From positions 1-64,000 of IMG/VR virus record IMGVR_UViG_3300042557_000330: a stretch of 64,000 nucleotides of DNA, one strand, 5' to 3'. Made by a program: the position numbers and the translations under genes. Within the stretch, counting starts at the first letter, position 1, and each line of letters begins with the position of its first letter. Below, piece after piece: positions 8,492 to 17,492 of the stretch. The stretch comes from a virus. The notes beneath the pieces are model-generated. The model searched no databases. It was not told the DNA's origin and saw only the letters and a list, made by a program, of their open reading frames with translations.

Positions 8492-8933
8492 TTGATTTAA
8501 ATTCGTTAATCTTATGTATAATCTCTCCTAAAGATTTTTGTTCTGCAACATTTGTTGTATCAACATCTACAAAGTTTTCTGTAGGTGCCTCATAGTTTAA
8601 TACGTGATAATCTTCTCTTCCTCTAACATCATCAGTATGTATATAGAATTCTAATACATTGTGTTTGTTTTTGAATTCATCACGTTGATCTTTATATGGT
8701 GATACTAAGGAAACTATTACATCAAATCCTTTTGAATTTAGAAATAATGCAATGTCCTGTGCCTTTTCTATATTTTTTCTTCTCCCTGCTTCAGAATAAT
8801 CTTTGTTCTGAAAAACATCTCTAATATCATCACCATCTACCAATACAATATTACTTGGGTATAGGTAATCTTTTAGTTGTTTTGCTAATGTTGTCTTACC
8901 AGCACCTGGTTGACCTGTAAACCAATATATCAT
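8475..8933 (-). CDS. cysC: Adenylyl-sulfate (APS) kinase
   Basis: YWFTGQPGAGKTT P-loop, VDGDDIR, SLVSPY, YEAP motifs. Start set at ATG 8933. Confidence 0.88.
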   Translation of the reverse strand: MIYWFTGQPGAGKTTLAKQLKDYLYPSNIVLVDGDDIRDVFQNKDYSEAGRRKNIEKAQDIALFLNSKGFDVIVSLVSPYKDQRDEFKNKHNVLEFYIHTDDVRGREDYHVLNYEAPTENFVDVDTTNVAEQKSLGEIIHKINEFKSNGKLE

Positions 8934-8944
8934 AATCAAAGTTT

Positions 8945-9763
8945 TTATAAATATCCAAAATAGTCATAGAACCATTTGTAGTGGTTTCTAATATTCATTG
9001 ATAGTTCATATCCAAGTATATCCAAATAATCATCTGGTTGCTTCTCAAACTTATTTCTTAGTGCATGGTCACCATAGATTCCATGAATTGTATCATTCTC
9101 ATGTGTGTGTTGTGTTACATTTTCAAAATCATGACCTTCATAATAAGGAACTTGGAAGTACTCGTAAATGCGTTTCATCTCATTCTCTGGATTACTCATT
9201 AAATCTTCATAACGAATAAATAGAATGTGTTTATCTAATCCCTGTTGAATAATATCTTTTAACCTATCTATAGCTATTCCAACTGGAACACCTCCAGCCC
9301 AAAGGTCAATTCTTTTATCAAGAGTTGTACCTACTAATTGTGGTGCATTTTGAACATGATTTTCTTTGTGTGGATTTTTTCTAAAGTTTTTTTCCATAGA
9401 GGAATAAATACAACGTATATCCCTCACCATACAAATGATTTTTGGATTAGGAAATAGCATGTTCAGAAGACCATGGTTAATTCCCCATTCTCTACTCTTA
9501 TCCACTACATAAGGTTTGTCAGTCAATCCTTCAAAAAATCCTTGCATACCCTTTCTACAAAACTCAACAAATGCATTTTCCATTTGTTTTTGGTCTTGAG
9601 CAATGAATGCTTGAGAATGGTTATAATTGTTTTTAGATGCTATAACTAAATCTATCAATCCACTTGTAGGTGTAGTGTAGAAGTCTGGATTTTGAGCAAT
9701 AATGTTTTGAATAAGTGTACTACCACTTCTAGGTAAAGAAGAATTGTAAAATAAAGTTTTCAT
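8945..9763 (-). CDS. PAPS-dependent sulfotransferase
   Basis: 5'-PSB loop SLPRSGSTL, DKSR, 3'-PB motif MVRD....YSS, IRYEDL. Confidence 0.9.
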   Translation of the reverse strand: MKTLFYNSSLPRSGSTLIQNIIAQNPDFYTTPTSGLIDLVIASKNNYNHSQAFIAQDQKQMENAFVEFCRKGMQGFFEGLTDKPYVVDKSREWGINHGLLNMLFPNPKIICMVRDIRCIYSSMEKNFRKNPHKENHVQNAPQLVGTTLDKRIDLWAGGVPVGIAIDRLKDIIQQGLDKHILFIRYEDLMSNPENEMKRIYEYFQVPYYEGHDFENVTQHTHENDTIHGIYGDHALRNKFEKQPDDYLDILGYELSMNIRNHYKWFYDYFGYL

Positions 9764-9783
9764 AACTGTTTGGTTTTCTGTTA

Positions 9784-9791
9784 CAAATATA
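9784..9791 (-). promoter_or_regulatory. -7 promoter element (TATATTTG) for the sulfation/GT9 operon
   Basis: TAnnTTTG match 20 nt upstream of the sulfotransferase ATG. Confidence 0.65.
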
Positions 9792-9794
9792 AAT

Positions 9795-9830
9795 AAAAAA
9801 AGCGAGAATATAACATCTCGCTTATTTTTT
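9795..9830. terminator. Intrinsic terminator, probably bidirectional
   Basis: AAGCGAGA-8nt-TCTCGCTT stem with an A-run on the left and a T-run on the right. Confidence 0.75.
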
Positions 9831-9831
9831 T

Positions 9832-10152
9832 TTAAACCACTTCTTCTTCTTTGGGTAATGAATCATAAGCCGTTTTTAATTCGGCTATTAAGTCATCAAT
9901 CAAAGGAAGTAAATCTTCTTGCTCGGATAATTCAAAACCATCTTTAGAAACCCATCTTATATCGTTATGTCCAAAAAGGTTTATAACGTGATAGTTTTCT
10001 TCTGCTTTTGAATCTTCTGGTTTTTTAGCCCATATAGCATCTATTAATGCTTTAACTTTTTTTAACTCGGTTGTTTTTACTTTAACTGAAAACTCGTTTG
10101 AGTTAATTTGTGTTTCCCCATAACCGAATATGTGAATTGTGAAATTTTCCAT
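9832..10152 (-). CDS. Hypothetical acidic protein following the giant fibre (possible fibre chaperone)
   Basis: Clean ORF 4 nt downstream of the fibre gene; function inferred from position only. Confidence 0.6.
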   Translation of the reverse strand: MENFTIHIFGYGETQINSNEFSVKVKTTELKKVKALIDAIWAKKPEDSKAEENYHVINLFGHNDIRWVSKDGFELSEQEDLLPLIDDLIAELKTAYDSLPKEEEVV

Positions 10153-10156
10153 AGTA

Positions 10157-13100
10157 TTAATTTATTTTTGTAGGTTGTAATATTTCTACGCCATTCCATC
10201 CTTTAATAGCATCTTTATCTTTTCTTGTTCCTATGATAAGAACATTATACTCTAAATCCTCGTTAGCAAATATAGTTGCTTTTGTTAAATCTGCATTTAC
10301 TTCTCCATATCCAACACCAAATCCCTTTTTAGGCGTTACCCAAACTTGTATGTTTTCATTCAAGAATTTGAAATAATCTGGCAATTCAATTTCAGCAAAA
10401 CCATCTACCACTTTAACAACATATCTATAAATATTATCTCCAGCAGTAGGCGATTCAACAAACGAGTGTTGTAAGTAATGCGTTTTGTTTTTTATAGGGT
10501 CTGGGTGCTTAATTCTAAAAGTACCACTTGTTTTTGATAATGCTTCAACAAATGTTGTATTACTTGCCGATGCAGTAAGGAATGAACCTATAATGTGTGT
10601 GTTGCTATATCCACATATAGTATTATATCTACCACCCAAAATAGAACTAAATTGTGATGGATTGGATGAACTACAAATTAAGTTATTATTACCACCACCT
10701 ATAAAATTATCTGTTGCTTTTCCGTTATTAGATTGGATTTTATTAAAATATCCTCCTACAATAGTATTATGAGCATTTTGTGTAACGCAAAATGATGGGT
10801 TTTGAATAATACAGTTATAACACCCACTTACGATTGTATTATGAATAGCACAATATGAACCACAAGGTTGAGCAGTGGATTGAATAATGTTACCGAAACC
10901 ACTTCCTATAAATGCAAATTGTTGGTTATCTATATTGTTATTTCTACCTCCTATAATTACTGCTCTTGTAGCAATACATCCACTAATCGAATTACCGCTA
11001 CCTCCACCAATAAAAGAATTTGCACTAGAATAAGAGCATATTAAGTTATTATTACCCCCAACTATTACAGTACCAGTTTGTGCATAATTAGTAATGCAGT
11101 TAGTTTGACCAGTAAATATACCAGCACCACGACTATCTCCAGTGGCATTTATAATATTATTATTCCCACCACCAATTGTTGAATTACCAGCACTTGCAGT
11201 ATTACAATAACCACCACCAATTGTTGAATCTTCACCAGAAGCAGTATTAAAACGACCTCCACTAACTGTTGAAAAATCACCAGAAGCAGTATTAGATGAA
11301 CCACCTCCAATTGTTGAGGGTTTATTAGCAGAAGCAGTATTATTTGCACCACCTCCAATAGTTGAAGTATCTCCAGAAGCAGTATTATATTTACCACCAC
11401 CTATTGTTGAATATTGTCCAGTACCACAATTTAATAAACCACCACTAATTGTAGATAATCTACCAGCATCACAACAAGTAATTGCCCCTGTTAAAGCACC
11501 CGTATATATGTCTAATGTACCACCATAAGTATTATGTCCTATACCTCCACCTATTGTTACACCAAAAGAGCAACATTCGTTAGTAGGCGATTGGATTATG
11601 TTTCTATTACCACCACCTATTGTAGAATGTCTTGCGTTTGTTATATTACAACAACCACCTAATACAGATGAATTAGTTGCTGATGCAGTATTACATAAAC
11701 CACCACCAATTGTTGAACAACCACCCGTAGCACAATTCCTAAATCCACCACCAATAAAAGATAATCTACCAGCATCACAACAAGTAATTGCACCAGTCAA
11801 TCTCCCATTTGTTGTGTTAAATGTACCTCCACTTGAATTATGTCCTATACCACCACCGATTGTTACACCTAAAGAGCAACATTCGTTTGTTGGGGATTGA
11901 ATTATATTTCTATTACCACCGCCTATTGTAGAGTATTTTGCGTTTGTTTTATTACATTGTCCACCTAAAACTGATGAATTAACTGCTGATGCGGTATTAC
12001 ATTCTCCACCTAAAACTGATGAATTAGTTGCGGATGCAGTATTATTTGTACCACCTCCAACTGTTGAAGATGAACCACTTGCAGTATTATATTGTCCACC
12101 ACCAATAAATGAAAATCCACTGCTTGCAGTATTACAATAACCACCACCAATTGTTGAACGACCACCATAAGCAGTATTACCAACTCCACCAACAACTGAT
12201 GAACTATTACCACTTGCAGTATTACAAAAACCACCACCAATTGTTGCCCAATAATTTGAAGCAGTATTAAGATTACCACCACTAATTGTGGCAAACGCAC
12301 TTGCACTATTCATCACATTTGAATCACCACCACCAATTGTATTAAAACCAACGAAAGATGTAATTATGTTGCAACCACCACCGCTAATTGTATCTCCACC
12401 ACTTTTACTATAAGCATTATAAGAGTTAGTATTTATTGTATTACAATTACCACCCGAAATAACGTGTCCAAACTTTGGATAGTTATTATTATAATTTATT
12501 GACGGAAATGTTCTATTACAAAAACCACCACCAATTGTTGATAAATAACCAGTTGCACAATTTCTAAATCCACCACTAATTGTAGATAATCTACCAGCAT
12601 TACAACAAGTGATTGCACCCGTTAAAGAACCATCAGTTGTACTAAACGTACCCCCAGTAGTGTTGTGTCCTATACCTCCTCCTATTGTTGCACCAAAAGA
12701 ACAACATTCGTCTGTTGGAGATTGAATTATATTTCTATTACCACCGCCTATTGTAGAATATCTTGCGTTTGTTATATTACATTCTCCACCTAAAACTGAT
12801 GATTTTGTACCACTTGCACAATTATTATAACCACCACCAATTGTTGAAATATAACCAGAAACACTATTATTATATCCCCCACCAATAAACGATTTATCAC
12901 CACTTGCACAATTAGTATAACCACCACCAATTGTTGCACCAACACCCGATGCAGTATTATCATTTCCACCACCAATTGTTGAAAGTGCATTAGATGCAGT
13001 ATTACTAGTTCCACCACCAATTGTTGATAATGTAGCTGATGCAATATTACTACCACCACCACCTATACTTGAACAAGCACCAGATGAAGTATTACATAAA

Positions 13101-16100
13101 CCACCAGCAATAGTAGAAAGGTTAGCACTTGAAGTATTACTAAATCCACCACTAATTGTTGAACGAACACCAGAAGCAGTATTGGATTGACCACCGCCAA
13201 CACTTGAATAACTATTGGAAGCAGTATTTGTTTTACCACCACCTACAAATGAATAATAACTAGATGAAGCATTGTTTTGACCACCGCCAATTGTCGCTCT
13301 AAAGCAAGAAGCAGTATTACATAAACCACCTCCTATTGTTGATTGAGTACCAGAAGCAGTATTATATCGACCTCCAGCAACTGTTGAATAAGCACCAGAA
13401 GAAGTATTATTATAACCACCTCCAATTGTTGAATAAATCGCAGAAGAATCATTACTTAAACCACCACTAATTGTTGATGAATTACCAGAGGCACAATTTG
13501 ATTGACCACCACCAACACTTGAACGAGTACCAGAAGCAGTATTGCTTTTACCACCACTTACAACGGCATAAGTACAAGATGATGTGTTGCCACAACCACC
13601 ACCAATAAATGAACATTGACCAGAAGCAGTGTTGCTTTTACCACCACTTATTGTTGAATAAACATTAGAAGCAGTATTAGTATCACCCCCACCAACTGTT
13701 GAACGAGTAGCACAAGCAATATTATTATTCCCTCCACTAATTGTAGAAAAACTAGCAGAAGCAGTATTGCATTTACCACCACCAACTGAAGAATAATAAT
13801 TAGACGATACATTATTTAAACCACCACCTATTGTTGAACGAATACCCGAAGCACAATTTGATTGACCACCACCAATTGTTGATAAAGTGCCAGAAGCATT
13901 ATTTAATTGACCTCCTCCAACAGAACTTAAATAGGAACTAACATTTGAAAGACCTCCAGAAATTGTTGCCCAATTCGAATTAGAATTATTGCTTTTACCT
14001 CCACCAACAACTGAATAAATAGCAGAAGCTGTATTCCCATAACCACCACCAATAGTTGAATCATTACCCGATGCTAAATTATTTCTACCACCAGCAACAA
14101 GTGAACAAGTACCTCCAGATGTATTATTTTTACCACTTAAAGAACCACTATAATTACCAGTAGAAGCATTACCAACACCAGTTCTTACTGATGAAAATGT
14201 ACCAGCACCTAATATAATAACTGCACTAGAACCTACGTTTATCCCTGAGCTTCCTGATGAACCAGAACTTCCACTTGTACCATCAATTCCACTTGAACCA
14301 GACGTTCCTGTAGTACCTGATGAACCAGCTGTACCGCTTGAACCACTAGAGCCACTAGAACCACTTGTTCCTGTACTTCCTGAAGTACCAGAGGTTCCGC
14401 TAGAACCAGCAGTACCTGAGGTTCCGTTTGTACCATCTATTGCTGATGTGCCAGATGTGCCAGATGAACCAGCTGTTCCTGAGCTTCCGCTAGTTCCTGA
14501 TGTACCATCTGTTCCACTTGAACCTGAAGAACCAGATGATGCAGAAGATCCAGAACTCCCAGAAGTTCCTGAGCTACCAGAGCTACCACTTGTACCACTA
14601 GTTCCACTTGTTCCTCCTGTACCATCAGTAGCAGATGTACCACTAGTTCCAGTTGTACCTGAACTTCCTGATGAACCACTTGTACCTGTTGAACCAGAGG
14701 TTCCAGATGTTCCACTTGAACCAGAGGTGCCTGAAGTTCCTGTCGTTCCACTAGATCCACTTGTACCTGTGGTTCCACTAGTTCCAGTGGTTCCACTTGT
14801 ACCATCTATACCAGACGTACCTGATGTACCACTGGTTCCTGATGTACCATTAGTACCATCTCCTCCTGTAGCACCATCAAGGTTTACATTCCAAGATGTG
14901 AATGTGCCTGATCCTACGGTTCTAGTTGGAGCACCAAATACTAAAACGCCTGTACCAGGATTGTATGAAATAACTTCACACTCTTGGTAATTGTTAGCAT
15001 CAAATGCTATTATGATAGACTGTGCAACAGTGTAAGCTAACCCTGTTCCAACAGTTATTGTTCCTGAATTTCCTAATGTAAATGATGTAGAAGATGTTGT
15101 AGCATATCTATCTCCTTGTAATCCAGAAGTACCACTTGTTCCCGAAGTTCCACTTGTACCATCAGTACCAGAAGAGCCTGAGCTTCCACTTGATCCTGAT
15201 GTTCCTGAACTACCACTAGTACCTGTTGTTCCTGATGTCCCAGATGTAGCAGATGTTCCACTAGTACCACCTGATCCATCAGTACCACTAGTACCACTAG
15301 TTGCTGATGTACCTGAACTTCCTGCACTACCAGATGAACCAGAAGTTCCTGTAGTTCCACTTGTTCCACTAGTTCCGCTAGTTGCAGAACTTCCACTTGT
15401 TCCACTTGTGGCTGATGTACCAGATGTACCGTTTGATCCATCTATTCCACTTGTACCATCTATTCCAGATGTTCCTGATGTTCCAGAGCTACCACTAGTA
15501 GCTGAAGATCCAGATGTACCAGAGGTACCTCCTGTTCCATCAGTTCCTGATGTGCCTGAAGATCCACTTGTTGCAGAGGTTCCAGAGGTTCCTGAACTAC
15601 CACTTGTAGCACTTGTACCTGATGTTGCAGATGTTCCTGATGTACCAGTAGTACCTGAGGTAGCACTAGTTCCACTTGAACCAGATGTACTTCCTACACC
15701 AACACCTATTTGTTTTGTAACAACAATAATAGAAGGTGCTGCAGGGTGAGCATAAGGAACAGTTTGTGCAGGGACAGCTGTTATCTGTACATGTTGAGAT
15801 GTAGAAGCAAAGACAATTTCTAAATAATCATTAGCTTGTAGTTCTAATATAACAGATACAAATGGTAATTGTTTTCCATTGTTACTACCTAAAGATAATA
15901 TACTATCTGTACGGATAATATCAGATCCATTCTTTCTTAAGAATATATCAACATCAGTAGCTGTTCCACCACTTGTCTTTTCTATTTGTAATGAATAACC
16001 TATTTCGTATATACCAGCATATGGATATCTAATCTGTTGACCAAAGTCTAAGATGATACCATTATCTATTTCTGTTGTATTGTATGTAATTACTGTAGGA

Positions 16101-17017
16101 GTGTTTGCTGCAATTACAGCTTGATTTGTACTATCTGAGAAACTTGCATACCAGTTAGCTATAGCAGCTCCTGAAGAACCATTTAGTCCACTAGACCCAC
16201 TACTACCAGCAGTTCCACTAGTACCTGTAGTTCCTGAAGTACCTGCTGTACCACTACTACCAGATGTGCCAGAAGTTCCAGCTGTACCACTAGTCCCAGA
16301 AGTTCCACTAGAACCACTAGATCCTGTTGTACCACTAGTACCAGTTGTTCCGCTTGTTCCAGCAGTTGCACTTGTCCCACTAGTTCCAGAAGATCCATCA
16401 CCACCTGTTGCTCCATCTAGATTCACATCCCATATACAATAGTTCCCAGCACCAACTACTAATGTAGGAGCAGTGAAAGCTAAATCTCCTGTAAGAGGAT
16501 TGTATGTTACAACAACAGATTCTTGATAATTAAATGCATTATATGCAATAACAATTGATTGACCAGGAGTGTATGACAATCCTGTATCAACAACAAGTGT
16601 TCCTGAGTTACCTAATGTAAAACAATCTGTAGAGACTGTTCTATATCTATCACCTTGCACTCCTGAAGTTCCAGCAGTTCCTGATGTAGCGGATGTACCA
16701 CTAGTCCCTGTAGTACCAGATGTACCAGAGGTGCCACTAGTTCCAGCACTTCCAGAAGTACCTGTGGTACCAGAAGTTCCTGATGTGGCAGAAGTCCCAC
16801 TAGTTCCTGTGGTACCTGACGTTCCACTGGTACCAGAAGTACCACTAGTTCCATCAGCACCAGCACCTGAACATAGTCTATCATTAATTTTCTTTAATGC
16901 AGATTCAAGGGTCTCATTAGTATTTATACCAGTACATATTAAGTTAGGTCCTTCGTAGAATACACAAGAAGCACTTAATAATATTGGGCAAGGATTAGCA
17001 GCACAGATTACACTCAT
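10157..17017 (-). CDS. Giant tail/capsid fibre, 2286 aa: Cys-rich anchor, four Gly-Thr/Ser-Ser collagen-like tracts, duplicated globular domain, C1q/BclA-like domain, 14-residue beta-helix repeats, C-terminal FxIxHP domain
   Basis: Translation shows (GTS/GSS)n tracts, STIGGGxxNTAS repeats and FRIKHP..HSFVESP at the C-terminus. Confidence 0.85.
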   Translation of the reverse strand: MSVICAANPCPILLSASCVFYEGPNLICTGINTNETLESALKKINDRLCSGAGADGTSGTSGTSGTSGTTGTSGTSATSGTSGTTGTSGSAGTSGTSGTSGTTGTSGTSATSGTAGTSGVQGDRYRTVSTDCFTLGNSGTLVVDTGLSYTPGQSIVIAYNAFNYQESVVVTYNPLTGDLAFTAPTLVVGAGNYCIWDVNLDGATGGDGSSGTSGTSATAGTSGTTGTSGTTGSSGSSGTSGTSGTAGTSGTSGSSGTAGTSGTTGTSGTAGSSGSSGLNGSSGAAIANWYASFSDSTNQAVIAANTPTVITYNTTEIDNGIILDFGQQIRYPYAGIYEIGYSLQIEKTSGGTATDVDIFLRKNGSDIIRTDSILSLGSNNGKQLPFVSVILELQANDYLEIVFASTSQHVQITAVPAQTVPYAHPAAPSIIVVTKQIGVGVGSTSGSSGTSATSGTTGTSGTSATSGTSATSGSSGTSGTSATSGSSGTSGTDGTGGTSGTSGSSATSGSSGTSGTSGIDGTSGIDGSNGTSGTSATSGTSGSSATSGTSGTSGTTGTSGSSGSAGSSGTSATSGTSGTDGSGGTSGTSATSGTSGTTGTSGSSGTSGSSGSSGSSGTDGTSGTSGTSGTSGLQGDRYATTSSTSFTLGNSGTITVGTGLAYTVAQSIIIAFDANNYQECEVISYNPGTGVLVFGAPTRTVGSGTFTSWNVNLDGATGGDGTNGTSGTSGTSGTSGIDGTSGTTGTSGTTGTSGSSGTTGTSGTSGSSGTSGTSGSTGTSGSSGSSGTTGTSGTSATDGTGGTSGTSGTSGSSGSSGTSGSSGSSASSGSSGSSGTDGTSGTSGSSGTAGSSGTSGTSAIDGTNGTSGTAGSSGTSGTSGSTGTSGSSGSSGSSGTAGSSGTTGTSGSSGIDGTSGSSGSSGSSGINVGSSAVIILGAGTFSSVRTGVGNASTGNYSGSLSGKNNTSGGTCSLVAGGRNNLASGNDSTIGGGYGNTASAIYSVVGGGKSNNSNSNWATISGGLSNVSSYLSSVGGGQLNNASGTLSTIGGGQSNCASGIRSTIGGGLNNVSSNYYSSVGGGKCNTASASFSTISGGNNNIACATRSTVGGGDTNTASNVYSTISGGKSNTASGQCSFIGGGCGNTSSCTYAVVSGGKSNTASGTRSSVGGGQSNCASGNSSTISGGLSNDSSAIYSTIGGGYNNTSSGAYSTVAGGRYNTASGTQSTIGGGLCNTASCFRATIGGGQNNASSSYYSFVGGGKTNTASNSYSSVGGGQSNTASGVRSTISGGFSNTSSANLSTIAGGLCNTSSGACSSIGGGGSNIASATLSTIGGGTSNTASNALSTIGGGNDNTASGVGATIGGGYTNCASGDKSFIGGGYNNSVSGYISTIGGGYNNCASGTKSSVLGGECNITNARYSTIGGGNRNIIQSPTDECCSFGATIGGGIGHNTTGGTFSTTDGSLTGAITCCNAGRLSTISGGFRNCATGYLSTIGGGFCNRTFPSINYNNNYPKFGHVISGGNCNTINTNSYNAYSKSGGDTISGGGCNIITSFVGFNTIGGGDSNVMNSASAFATISGGNLNTASNYWATIGGGFCNTASGNSSSVVGGVGNTAYGGRSTIGGGYCNTASSGFSFIGGGQYNTASGSSSTVGGGTNNTASATNSSVLGGECNTASAVNSSVLGGQCNKTNAKYSTIGGGNRNIIQSPTNECCSLGVTIGGGIGHNSSGGTFNTTNGRLTGAITCCDAGRLSFIGGGFRNCATGGCSTIGGGLCNTASATNSSVLGGCCNITNARHSTIGGGNRNIIQSPTNECCSFGVTIGGGIGHNTYGGTLDIYTGALTGAITCCDAGRLSTISGGLLNCGTGQYSTIGGGKYNTASGDTSTIGGGANNTASANKPSTIGGGSSNTASGDFSTVSGGRFNTASGEDSTIGGGYCNTASAGNSTIGGGNNNIINATGDSRGAGIFTGQTNCITNYAQTGTVIVGGNNNLICSYSSANSFIGGGSGNSISGCIATRAVIIGGRNNNIDNQQFAFIGSGFGNIIQSTAQPCGSYCAIHNTIVSGCYNCIIQNPSFCVTQNAHNTIVGGYFNKIQSNNGKATDNFIGGGNNNLICSSSNPSQFSSILGGRYNTICGYSNTHIIGSFLTASASNTTFVEALSKTSGTFRIKHPDPIKNKTHYLQHSFVESPTAGDNIYRYVVKVVDGFAEIELPDYFKFLNENIQVWVTPKKGFGVGYGEVNADLTKATIFANEDLEYNVLIIGTRKDKDAIKGWNGVEILQPTKIN
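10570..14200 (-). repeat. Coding 42-bp-period repeat array (S-T-I-G/S-G-G-x-x-N-x-A-S) forming a beta-solenoid
   Basis: Recurring ccaccaccaattgttga and gcagtatt elements; boundaries approximate. Confidence 0.85.
14240..16855 (-). repeat. Coding 9-bp-period Gly-X-Y repeats in four tracts (about 16655-16855, 16170-16400, 15120-15695, 14240-14870)
   Basis: GTS/GSS/GTT/ATS triplets with heavily diversified synonymous codons. Confidence 0.9.
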
Positions 17018-17029
17018 TGGATTGTATTA

Positions 17030-17422
17030 TTAGTGAACGATTTTTAAAAGATCTCCTGTACGGTAGACCTGACCAACGCTTAGTCCTGCAAATACAGCAG
17101 CTGCATTATTTGCATATTGAGGTGCTCCTGTAGCAGGAACTGATAATACAAGACTCCAATCAGTGGCTCCTGTATTAATCCCTTTAGCAAAATACAACAT
17201 AGACTTAGCTACATTTAAATAGGTTTGTCCTAAATATGTAGCAGGAATAGTTGGTGCTGTTGTACCTGTTTTAGGTACTAAGTTAGTATTGATTTTACCT
17301 AATATAGTTTGTAAATCTTCTAAAGGATTAACATTTATATTGGTTAAGTAGGGGCCATTGTATATGATGCATAAAGCATTTTCATATGTGGCGCATGTTG
17401 GGCAAATTGCAGCTGTTCTCAT
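17030..17422 (-). CDS. Small fibre/adaptor protein with the Cys-x-x-Y-x-G-P anchor domain
   Basis: N-terminus paralogous to the giant fibre N-terminus; C-terminal YANNAAA..AGL..GQVYRT motif. Confidence 0.7.
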   Translation of the reverse strand: MRTAAICPTCATYENALCIIYNGPYLTNINVNPLEDLQTILGKINTNLVPKTGTTAPTIPATYLGQTYLNVAKSMLYFAKGINTGATDWSLVLSVPATGAPQYANNAAAVFAGLSVGQVYRTGDLLKIVH

Positions 17423-17427
17423 ATATG

Positions 17428-17490
17428 CAAATTTATATATTAATTATGTATTATAAAAGCGTTGATAGTAAATATCTGATATAATATAGC
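17428..17490 (-). promoter_or_regulatory. Promoter for the fibre operon: GCTATATTAT-N45-TAAATTTG
   Basis: -7 box at 17428-17435, only 5 nt before the ATG; upstream 10-mer identical to 3261-3270 at the same spacing. Confidence 0.6.
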
Positions 17491-17492
17491 GT

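Noticed and set aside
8475-9763. cysC as an auxiliary metabolic gene for host sulfur assimilation
   Set aside because: No PAPS reductase or cysteine synthesis genes in the window; direct coupling to a sulfotransferase points to PAPS use for sulfation.
11417-12802. Possible diversity-generating retroelement TR/VR pair
   Set aside because: All copies are in-frame inside one gene, differences are not visibly adenine-specific, and no reverse transcriptase is in the window.
10570-14200. Possible CRISPR array suggested by periodic repeats
   Set aside because: Repeats are degenerate, in-frame coding units with a 42-bp period, without constant repeat/unique spacer structure; no cas genes.
14239-16958. 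Alternative-frame and antisense ORFs rich in V/P/L/E/Q over the fibre gene
   Set aside because: They are shadows of the 9-bp Gly-Thr-Ser repeats, which lack stops in other frames; no independent start context.
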